Assembly: GCF_041648115.1 (NCBI RefSeq)
Contig: NZ_JBAZPR010000006.1
Coordinates: forward strand, 1 to 24,000
From: Brevundimonas sp.
GTDB lineage: Bacteria; Pseudomonadota; Alphaproteobacteria; Caulobacterales; Caulobacteraceae
Reading direction: 5' to 3'
Length of the DNA: 24,000 nucleotides
Position numbers and translations under genes: made by a program. The notes beneath the pieces were generated by a model. It ran no database searches, was not told where the DNA came from, and saw only the letters and a program-made list of their open reading frames with translations. Positions 7,754-14,215 of the stretch are shown in pieces (positions within the stretch are counted from its first letter, which is position 1; each line of letters begins with the position of its first letter).

Positions 7754-9118
7754 TTGCCCCAGTTCCTTCCCGCCCGTCGTCGCAGCGCGGTCTTGCTGAT
7801 CGCCTTCAGCGCGCTGGCGTGTGCGGTCGGTCCCGTCGCGGCCCAGGACGTCGCGCGCATGGATCAGGTGGTCCGCGCCTCCAGCGAGGCCGACGCCTTT
7901 TCCGGCGCCGTCCTGGTCGCGCGCGATGGGCGCATCCTGCTGGATCAGGGCTACGGCCTGGCCAATCGGGAATGGAACATCCCCAACGACGGCGACACCA
8001 GGTTCCGTCTCGGTTCCCTGACCAAACAGTTCACCGCCGTCGCGGTCATGCTGCTGAACCAGCAGGGCAAGCTGGATCTGGATGCGCCGATCAAGACCTG
8101 GCTGCCCGACGCCCCAGCCGCCTGGGACGCCATCACCCCGCGCCATCTGCTCAGCCACACGGCGGGCATCCCCAACTTCACCGCCTTCGACGACTATGAG
8201 GCGCTGAAAACCCGACCGGCGACCACGGCCGAACTGATCGCGCGGTTCAGCGACCGACCGCTGGACTTCGCGCCGGGCTCGCGTTTCGCCTATTCCAACT
8301 CGGGCTATGTCCTGTTGAGCGCCATCATCGAGGCGGCCAGCGGCCAGACCTATGCCGACTTCGTCACCGCCAATCTGTTCGCCCCTCTGGGCATGAGCGA
8401 CAGCGGCTATGACCGCCACGACGCCATCCTTCCGCGCCGCGCCTCCGGCTATACCCCGAGCGACGACGGCGTCATCAACGCCGACTATGTGGACATGAGC
8501 ATCCCGATGGGCGCCGGCGCGCTCTATTCGACCACCCATGACCTGCTGAAATGGGAACAGGGCCTGTTCGGCGGGCGGGTGCTGAACCCCCAGTCGATGA
8601 CCGCCCTGACCACCCCCGTTCGCAGCGGCTACGCCATGGGTCTGCTGGTCACCCAGGCCGACGGCAAAAAGCTGGTCTGGCACAACGGCGCCATCGAGGG
8701 TTTCAACACCTATATGGCCTATGATCCGGGCGACCGGACCGCCGTCATCGTCTTGGGCAATCTGAACGGCGAGGCGCCGGACAAGTTGGGCGCCGCCCTG
8801 GTGACCCTGGCGCGCGGCGGGACCGTCACCCTGCCCAGCGAACGCCGCGCCGTCGCCCTCTCGCCCGACGTGCTCAAGGGCTACGAGGGCGTCTATAACC
8901 TGGCCCCGACTTTCGCCCTGACGATCTCGGTCGTGGACGGCAAGCTGATGGCCCAGGCCACTGGACAGCCGGCCTTCGAACTGACGGCGGAGGCCGAGGA
9001 CGCCTTCTACCTGACCGCCGTCGACGCCCAGATCACCTTCACCCGCGATGCTGCCAGCGCCGTCGATGGCCTGGTCCTGCACCAGGGCGGCCGCGACATG
9101 CCCGCCAAGCGGCAGTGA
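7754..9118 (+). CDS. Beta-lactamase-family serine hydrolase (class C/PBP-like) with a C-terminal lipocalin-like extension
   Basis: TTG start preceded by AGGAG. Signal peptide ...FSALACAVGPVAAQ. Contains the SxxK motif in RLGSLTKQF and a YSN motif (FAYSNSGY). About 100 extra C-terminal residues are typical of S12-family hydrolases. Confidence 0.88.
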   Translation: MPQFLPARRRSAVLLIAFSALACAVGPVAAQDVARMDQVVRASSEADAFSGAVLVARDGRILLDQGYGLANREWNIPNDGDTRFRLGSLTKQFTAVAVMLLNQQGKLDLDAPIKTWLPDAPAAWDAITPRHLLSHTAGIPNFTAFDDYEALKTRPATTAELIARFSDRPLDFAPGSRFAYSNSGYVLLSAIIEAASGQTYADFVTANLFAPLGMSDSGYDRHDAILPRRASGYTPSDDGVINADYVDMSIPMGAGALYSTTHDLLKWEQGLFGGRVLNPQSMTALTTPVRSGYAMGLLVTQADGKKLVWHNGAIEGFNTYMAYDPGDRTAVIVLGNLNGEAPDKLGAALVTLARGGTVTLPSERRAVALSPDVLKGYEGVYNLAPTFALTISVVDGKLMAQATGQPAFELTAEAEDAFYLTAVDAQITFTRDAASAVDGLVLHQGGRDMPAKRQ

Positions 9119-9123
9119 CCGGT

Positions 9124-9145
9124 CTTGAAATTTCGCCGTTTCAAG
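9124..9145. promoter_or_regulatory. AT-rich inverted repeat just after the hydrolase stop
   Basis: CTTGAAA-N8-TTTCAAG has perfect 7-bp arms and overlaps a weak TTGAAA(-35)/TAGGTT(-10)-like pair. Function unknown. Confidence 0.25.
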
Positions 9146-9269
9146 GCTAGGTTGAAGGCCTGATCTGATGAGGTGAGAACTCCCTCCTCACACACTCCGT
9201 CTCACGACGGCGTAAAGTAGGCGAAAGCCGAAAGAGATGCGGGACCTTGGGAACCCGCCGTCGGATTGG

Positions 9270-9302
9270 AAAAGAGGCCCCGTCATCGGCGGGGCCTTTT
9301 GC
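9270..9302. terminator. Bidirectional rho-independent terminator
   Basis: AAAAG-AGGCCCCG-TCATCGG-CGGGGCCT-TTTT forms an 8-bp GC stem flanked by A-run and T-run. It abuts the stop (9303-9305) of the minus-strand 128-aa gene. Confidence 0.85.
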
Positions 9303-9689
9303 TTATGTGGGCAGCCAGTAACCCTTGGCGACGCGGCCATCCAGATCGTGCTGCGACACCCGATAGGTGCTGGCGACGACATATCGCCCCAGGTCGTCCG
9401 GCTTGAGCTTGATCGTCACCAGCAGGATCGCCTTGGCGACGGCGATGCGGCGGACCATGACAAAGCCCTCGCGATCCTTCGGCCCCTGCCCCACCCAATC
9501 GGGCGCCTGGAGAATCTGGCCGATGTGTCGAATGCAGAGCGCATAGTCGGCAGGATGCCGATCTTCGGCATGTTCCTGAGCCGATGCGGAGAAATGGACG
9601 GGAGCAGGGCGCAGAGACCAACCCATCGCATCGTTGACGAGGCTGACCGCCAATGGACCGCAATCGATCGGCTTGTATTTGGCCATCAT
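9303..9689 (-). CDS. Hypothetical protein (128 aa); possible Barnase/EndoU/ColicinE5-RelE-like (PBECR-type) nuclease fold, unverified
   Basis: The ORF has non-shadow composition and its own terminator. The pattern HAEDRHPADYALCIRHIGQILQAPDWV...GFVMVRRI...ILLVTIKLKPDDLGRYVVASTYRV resembles my memory of PBECR domains (H..RH, ..PD.v, beta-strands, ..v.s.y). This is recollection only and no search was done. Confidence 0.65.
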   Translation of the reverse strand: MMAKYKPIDCGPLAVSLVNDAMGWSLRPAPVHFSASAQEHAEDRHPADYALCIRHIGQILQAPDWVGQGPKDREGFVMVRRIAVAKAILLVTIKLKPDDLGRYVVASTYRVSQHDLDGRVAKGYWLPT

Positions 9690-9812
9690 CCCTTTCGGAG
9701 ATCGAGATCAGCCGAACATGGCCCCGATAGATATTTCAGGTTGTGGTCGTCGCAGCACTAGACGTCAACCGTCGCGATGCCGGCTCAATCGATGACCTCG
9801 ACGCCGAAACGC

Positions 9813-9842
9813 AAAACGCCCGCCGTTTCCGGCGGGCGTTTC
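9813..9842. terminator. Bidirectional rho-independent terminator downstream of ctrA
   Basis: AAAACGCCCGCC-GTTTCC-GGCGGGCGTTTT forms a 12-bp perfect stem with flanking A and T runs, 24 nt after the ctrA stop. Confidence 0.88.
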
Positions 9843-9865
9843 AAAATCGGCGGATCGAAGACCGA

Positions 9866-10567
9866 TCAGGCGGCGACGGTGACGACGCTCTCGGACGGGT
9901 CGCGCAGCACATAGCCGCGGCCCCAGACGGTTTCGATATAGTGTTTGCCGTCGGCGGCGGTGGCCAGCTTCTTGCGCAGCTTGCAGATGAAGACGTCGAT
10001 GATCTTAAGCTCGGGCTCGTCCATGCCGCCGTACAGGTGGTTCAGGAACATTTCCTTGGTCAGGGTCGTGCCCTTGCGGAGCGAGAGCAGCTCCAGCATC
10101 TGGTATTCCTTGCCCGTCAGGTGGACGCGGTGACCGTTCACCTCGACCGTCTTGGCGTCCAGGTTCACGGCGATCTCGCCGGTGTGGATGATCGCCTGGG
10201 CGTGCCCCTTGGAGCGACGGACCACGGCGTGGGTGCGCGCGATCAGCTCGTCCTTGTGGAAGGGCTTGGTCATATAGTCGTCGGCGCCGCCGCCGAAGGT
10301 CTTGACCTTGGTTTCGATCTCGTGGCTGCCCGACAGGATCATGACCGGGGTGTTGACCTTGCCGACGCGCAGCTGGCGCAGGACTTCCAGGCCGCTCATG
10401 TCCGGCAGGTTCAGGTCAAGAAGAATGAGGTCGTAGTCATAGATCTTGCCCAGATCGATGCCTTCTTCACCCAGGTCCGTCGTATAGACGTTGAAGCCTT
10501 CCGACTTCAGCATCAGTTCGATGCTTTGGGCGGTTGCGTGATCGTCTTCAATCAACAGGACGCGCAT
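9866..10567 (-). CDS. ctrA: Cell-cycle master response regulator CtrA
   Basis: ATG 10567 is preceded by [14 protein letters not shown]...[17 protein letters not shown]...[15 protein letters not shown]...[54 protein letters not shown]...[12 protein letters not shown] matches Caulobacter CtrA nearly residue for residue as I remember it. Confidence 0.97.
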   Translation of the reverse strand: MRVLLIEDDHATAQSIELMLKSEGFNVYTTDLGEEGIDLGKIYDYDLILLDLNLPDMSGLEVLRQLRVGKVNTPVMILSGSHEIETKVKTFGGGADDYMTKPFHKDELIARTHAVVRRSKGHAQAIIHTGEIAVNLDAKTVEVNGHRVHLTGKEYQMLELLSLRKGTTLTKEMFLNHLYGGMDEPELKIIDVFICKLRKKLATAADGKHYIETVWGRGYVLRDPSESVVTVAA

Positions 10568-10652
10568 ACGTGCCCCTCCAGGCAAAAGCTTTGCGGTAAC
10601 CACCCCGACGAACGTCCGGGTAACCTTGTTCGCAAGTTAAGACGTGAAAACC

Positions 10653-10667
10653 TTAAGAAGGGTTAAC
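10653..10667. promoter_or_regulatory. CtrA-box-like element with non-canonical spacing (TTAA-N6-TTAAC) upstream of ctrA
   Basis: TTAAGAAGGGTTAAC, with a further TTAA at 10637-10640. The canonical box is TTAA-N7-TTAAC, so the spacer here is one nt short. ctrA autoregulation is established in Caulobacter. Confidence 0.35.
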
Positions 10668-10678
10668 GCCATCCGATT

Positions 10679-10734
10679 GAGTCGAATCTAGGGTGATTTG
10701 CGAATCGCCGTCGAGGGGTTGGAGTCAACGATTC
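10679..10734. promoter_or_regulatory. Cluster of five GANTC (CcrM methylation) sites in the ctrA upstream region
   Basis: GAGTC 10679-10683, GAATC 10684-10688, GAATC 10702-10706, GAGTC 10722-10726 and GATTC 10730-10734. On the ctrA strand, one site overlaps a TTGACTC -35-like hexamer. Confidence 0.6.
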
Positions 10735-10742
10735 GAAATTTA

Positions 10743-10750
10743 TTAACCAT
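10743..10750 (+). promoter_or_regulatory. Exact CtrA half-site TTAACCAT
   Basis: TTAACCAT lies within the ctrA / HTH-gene divergent intergenic region and is adjacent to the GANTC cluster. Confidence 0.45.
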
Positions 10751-10948
10751 GTTGCGCCGGCCGGCGTCGCGCAGCCTGGTCGCTTCGTCCCTTCCATCCA
10801 CCGACATCCGACATAGGGTCGCCTGCACAACCTCAAGGCGGGCAAGGCGTCACGTCCGGTTTTGACGTGTAATAGGACTTTATTCCTACCTCAAGGTCGG
10901 CAGCCCTCTATGCTGCCGTCATCGAAGTGCGAGAGAGGGAGGCGTTTC

Positions 10949-11305
10949 ATGCTGGAGGATTACAGGGTGCCGGTCAGCGAGGAAGACCGGGTCAAGGCGG
11001 GGCTGGCCGTCCATCTGGTGGCGGCGCGCACGGGCGCGCAGCCGTCGCAGATGATCGGCGGCGGCCGGATGAACCCGCGCGCCGCCCGGCCGCGCTGGCT
11101 GGCCATGTATCTGTCGCACGTCGCCTTCGGCTGGACGCTGGAGCGGGTCAGCCACGTCTTCGGCGTCAATCGCGCCAGCGTCGGAACCGCCTGCCGCTGG
11201 GTCGAGGACGAGCGCGAACGGCGTCCCGTCGACGACCTGCTGAACGAGCTGGAGACCTGCATCCAGGGCCTGTACCAGACCCCTCGCCTGGACCTGGCCC
11301 AATGA
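10949..11305 (+). CDS. Small HTH protein resembling DnaA domain IV (Bac_DnaA_C-like), 118 aa
   Basis: ATG 10949 is preceded by GGGAGG. RAARPRWLAMYLSHVAFGWTLERVSHVFGVNRASVGTACRWVEDERE fits the DnaA C-terminal pattern R..a.aRq.AMYL....t..Sl..IG..FG.rdHsTV..a..ki. The upstream 29 codons of ORF 10862 lack an SD. Confidence 0.8.
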   Translation: MLEDYRVPVSEEDRVKAGLAVHLVAARTGAQPSQMIGGGRMNPRAARPRWLAMYLSHVAFGWTLERVSHVFGVNRASVGTACRWVEDERERRPVDDLLNELETCIQGLYQTPRLDLAQ

Positions 11306-12012
11306 GCCGGCTGCTGGAACGCGCGCGCGGCCTGATTACCCGGCCCGGCGCTTGGCTGGGGGCCGACGGCGGGGTCTATGCGCTGAGACTGTCGGCGGAT
11401 CGCCGCAGCCGCATCAGCCTGACCCTGACGGAGGCCGAGTTCCGCGCCCTGGTCGATCAGCCGGGCCTGCGCGCGCGACCGGGCGGCGGCTGGACGGCGC
11501 GAACGATGGCCGACGAAGCGACTGTCCCTTCTCCCGGCCGTCCCGGCTTCGTCGCGGGCGAGCGCGAACTGATCCAGGCTGACGGCCGCATCGTGCGCCA
11601 CCGCGCCAATCTTGGCGAAAGCCCCATCGCCTGGCTGGCGCGGCGCAAGGACGCCTCGGGCCGCCCCTGGCTGACCCCGGCCGAGGCCGCCGCCGGCGAG
11701 CGTCTGCGGCGCGAGGCCGAACAGGCGATGAAAGGCCCGTCCCTGACCATGCGCTGGGACGCCCTGCCCCACAGCGGATCGGGCACCGCCGCCCGGATGG
11801 AGCCGACCGACCGCGCCCTGTCCGCCGCCCGGCGGGTCGAGGCAGCGCTGACCGCCGTCGGCCCGCGCCTGCGCCCCATCCTCACCCGCATCTGCATCCA
11901 CGGCGACAGCCTGCAACTGGCCGAAACCGGCCTGGGCCTGCGCCGCCGCCAGGGCAAGACGGTGCTGAAACAGGCGCTGCAGGCCTTGGCGGACCACTAT
12001 GGGATTGGATGA
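11302..12012 (+). CDS. Hypothetical protein, DUF6456-like (236 aa), translationally coupled to the HTH gene
   Basis: The ATG overlaps the upstream stop as ATGA at 11302-11305. ESPIAWLARRKDASGRPWLTPAEAAAGERLRREAE and the C-terminal HTH-like ILTRICIHGDSLQLAETGLGLRRRQGKTVLKQALQALADHY match my recollection of DUF6456 proteins. Unverified. Confidence 0.75.
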   Translation: MSRLLERARGLITRPGAWLGADGGVYALRLSADRRSRISLTLTEAEFRALVDQPGLRARPGGGWTARTMADEATVPSPGRPGFVAGERELIQADGRIVRHRANLGESPIAWLARRKDASGRPWLTPAEAAAGERLRREAEQAMKGPSLTMRWDALPHSGSGTAARMEPTDRALSAARRVEAALTAVGPRLRPILTRICIHGDSLQLAETGLGLRRRQGKTVLKQALQALADHYGIG

Positions 12013-12133
12013 TTTGAAACAAAGTGCACAGATTGCACCCCAAAAAATCGGCGCTCGAACACAGCGAGGATTTCCGAAACGGGGCGGCTATGGCATCGCC
12101 TTCAGGTTGTCCTGCCCCACCAGAGATCTCCCC

Positions 12134-12874
12134 ATGTCCCGTCCCCTGGCCTGCGCCCTGTCCACCCTGATGCTGGCGACCGCGCTGCCGGCGGCGGCCC
12201 AGACGCCCTCTGCGCTCAGAGACATGGTCGGCGCCCGAGCGGGCCAGGCCGAGGGCGAGCTGAACCGTCGCGGCTATCAGGCCACGGATCGGTCCGAGGT
12301 CGTCGGCGACGGCCGCATGACCTATTGGCGCAATGGGAACGACTGCGTGTCCATCATGACGCGTGACGGCCGCTACGCCTCGATCAACCAGGCGGGCCGC
12401 AGCGAGTGCGGATCGGGCGGATCGGATCGGTCGAACGCCACGGCGATCGCGGCGGGGGTCGCCATCGTCGGCCTCGCCGCCGCCATCGCCGCCCACAACA
12501 GCCGCCACCGCGACGCCGACGGCGACCACGACCGGGAATATCAGCGCGGTTACGAGGCCGCCCTGCACGGCGCCGACTACGACGCCAACCACGAGACCGA
12601 GGGCTATCACGAAGGCTTCCTGGCCGGCGAGGACGAGGGTCAGAACCGCCGCCACGCCAACAGCGGCTGGATGCAGAACGCCCCATACGCCGCGCGTCAG
12701 GCCTGCTCGCGTCGCGCCGACGAGTTCCAGAACCGCCCGTATGGCTCCAGCGTGCCCATCGGCGTGCGCGACCTGGGGCGCGGCGATTTCGAGCTGACGA
12801 TGGCGACCGGCTCGTATCGTTCGCGCTGCACCGTCTCGGCCTCGGGCGACGTGCGTTCGATGGACCCGTTCTGA
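12134..12874 (+). CDS. Secreted/bitopic hypothetical protein with a His/Asp/Glu-rich linker
   Basis: ATG 12134 lies within ORF 11999..12874. Signal peptide MSRPLACALSTLMLATALPAAAQ, an N-terminal domain of about 80 aa with 2 Cys, a hydrophobic segment ATAIAAGVAIVGLAAAIAA, a HRDADGDHDREYQRGYEAALHGADYDANHETEGYHEG region, and a C-terminal domain with 2 Cys. Confidence 0.7.
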   Translation: MSRPLACALSTLMLATALPAAAQTPSALRDMVGARAGQAEGELNRRGYQATDRSEVVGDGRMTYWRNGNDCVSIMTRDGRYASINQAGRSECGSGGSDRSNATAIAAGVAIVGLAAAIAAHNSRHRDADGDHDREYQRGYEAALHGADYDANHETEGYHEGFLAGEDEGQNRRHANSGWMQNAPYAARQACSRRADEFQNRPYGSSVPIGVRDLGRGDFELTMATGSYRSRCTVSASGDVRSMDPF

Positions 12875-12878
12875 GGCT

Positions 12879-13547
12879 TCAGATCAGGGCGATCGGCACC
12901 AGGATCGCCAACAGATAGATCACCGCCCGCACAGCCGCCCAGATCGCGACGCCCGCGCCCTTGGCCTTGGAGACGTTCAGCCGCCGCGCGAACCAGTGCG
13001 CCTGGACGAACAGGAACCATCCGGCGCCACCGATCATGATCACGGCGCCGACGGCGTTGGGCAGGTCTGGCCGCCCGAAGATGTCGCCGCCCACCGACAC
13101 GAAGGCCGCGCAGACGGCCGGCAGATAGCATTGGGCATAGAAGGGCGCGCGCAGGGTCTCGCGGCTGATCCGCTTCTTCTCGTGGCGCAACAGGGTCACG
13201 GCGGCGACCAGGGGGATCAGGCTGAAGGCCAGGGAGCGGAACAGAACCAGGTTCTGTTGCGAGGCGAGCAGGATGTGGGTCGTCTCCGACGTCTCTTGCG
13301 GCGGCGGCACGTGCAAAGCCAAGGAAATCAGATTGGCCAGGACGATGGTGGCCAGCAGGAACAGCGGCGGGCTCAGCGCGTCGTCGTAACGATGCTCTTC
13401 GCTGTCGCCCTGTTCGCGGTCCGAATAGTCCATCGCCGCCAGCGGACCACGCACGATCCGCCACAGGGTCAGGGGATAGAAGACCAGCCAGCTGACGGCC
13501 TCGAAGAGAAACTCCTCGAAACTGCGCAGGATCTTCAGCAGGTCCAT
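12879..13547 (-). CDS. Integral membrane protein, unknown function
   Basis: ORF 12879..13565. ATG 13547 is preferred because GAGGGA lies 8 nt upstream. There are about 5 hydrophobic helices, and it lies downstream of sufE on the same strand. Confidence 0.75.
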   Translation of the reverse strand: MDLLKILRSFEEFLFEAVSWLVFYPLTLWRIVRGPLAAMDYSDREQGDSEEHRYDDALSPPLFLLATIVLANLISLALHVPPPQETSETTHILLASQQNLVLFRSLAFSLIPLVAAVTLLRHEKKRISRETLRAPFYAQCYLPAVCAAFVSVGGDIFGRPDLPNAVGAVIMIGGAGWFLFVQAHWFARRLNVSKAKGAGVAIWAAVRAVIYLLAILVPIALI

Positions 13548-13607
13548 TCCGCGTCCCTCGTCCACATCCCGCGATGGTGGGTCGTCGGGGCGCCGGTGGC
13601 AAGGCCG

Positions 13608-14054
13608 TTAAGCCAGCGCCGCCTCGCGGATACGCCCGACCATGCTGTTCAGCCCGTTGGCGCGCTGGCGTGTCAGGGCCGACGGCAGGCCCAGCCGGTC
13701 CAGCGCCGCGCGGGCGTCGAAGGCCAGGATCTCGTCTGGGGTGCGGCCGGAATACAGCTTCAGCAGCAGGGCGATATTGCCCTTCGACAGGGCGCTGTCG
13801 CTGTCGGCGGCGAACCACAGCCGCCCGTCGTCGTGCGTCGTCGCCAGCCAGACCTGGGCCGCACAGCCCGGCACCTTGTTGGTCTCGATCCGGTCGGCGT
13901 CGTCCAGCGGGGCCAGCCCCTTGCCCAGTTCGATGACATATTCGATCCGCTGTTCCCAATCGCCCAGCAGGTCGAAGTCCTCGGCCAGTTCGGCCAGGGT
14001 CTGGTCAATGCTTTCGGTCGGGGGCGTCTCGGTCGGAGGGGTGCGCGCGCTCAT
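13608..14054 (-). CDS. sufE: Cysteine desulfuration protein SufE
   Basis: ATG 14054 lies within ORF 13608..14117. DWEQRIEYVIELGK...NKVPGCAAQVWL...DSDSALSKGNIALL...LTRQRANGLNSMVGRIRE is the SufE/CsdE signature, including the active-site Cys in GC..QVW. Confidence 0.9.
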   Translation of the reverse strand: MSARTPPTETPPTESIDQTLAELAEDFDLLGDWEQRIEYVIELGKGLAPLDDADRIETNKVPGCAAQVWLATTHDDGRLWFAADSDSALSKGNIALLLKLYSGRTPDEILAFDARAALDRLGLPSALTRQRANGLNSMVGRIREAALA

Positions 14055-14215
14055 GGCCCGCCAGATAGGCCGCCGGGCCGTTAACGACAACCGGCCGTTT
14101 TGTCCCCCGATATTCATGGTGAACGCCGCGATGGGGTTCGCCTTACGGGGGAGCGGCCTCGCTCCGACTCAAGGCGAGGACTAGTCTGGACGCAGACAGA
14201 ACAACGGCCTGCTGC

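Noticed and set aside
7418-9082. 554-aa minus-strand ORF antisense to the serine hydrolase gene
   Set aside because: It has Gly/Arg/Ala/Asp-rich low-complexity translation with no motifs, typical of a shadow frame in high-GC DNA. The plus-strand gene has a signal peptide and SxxK/YSN motifs.
9743-10666. 307-aa plus-strand ORF antisense to ctrA
   Set aside because: ctrA on the minus strand is unambiguous, and the antisense translation is low complexity.
12019-12050. AT-rich patch with GTGCA-N5-TGCAC followed by an A-run after the DUF6456-like gene
   Set aside because: It has a 5-bp stem and no T-run on the coding strand, so it is not a convincing terminator and is more likely just promoter-region DNA.
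10960-12655. Minus-strand ORFs 10960..11997 (345 aa), 11457..11957 and 11882..12655 (257 aa)
   Set aside because: These are Arg/Gly/Ala-rich shadow frames opposite the HTH/DUF6456-like and secreted-protein genes. They have no start context or motifs.
12697-14084. ORFs 12697..13959 (-, 420 aa) and 12996..14084 (+, 362 aa)
   Set aside because: These shadow frames span two real minus-strand genes (membrane protein and sufE). They cross the intergenic gap and have Arg/Pro/Gly-rich composition.
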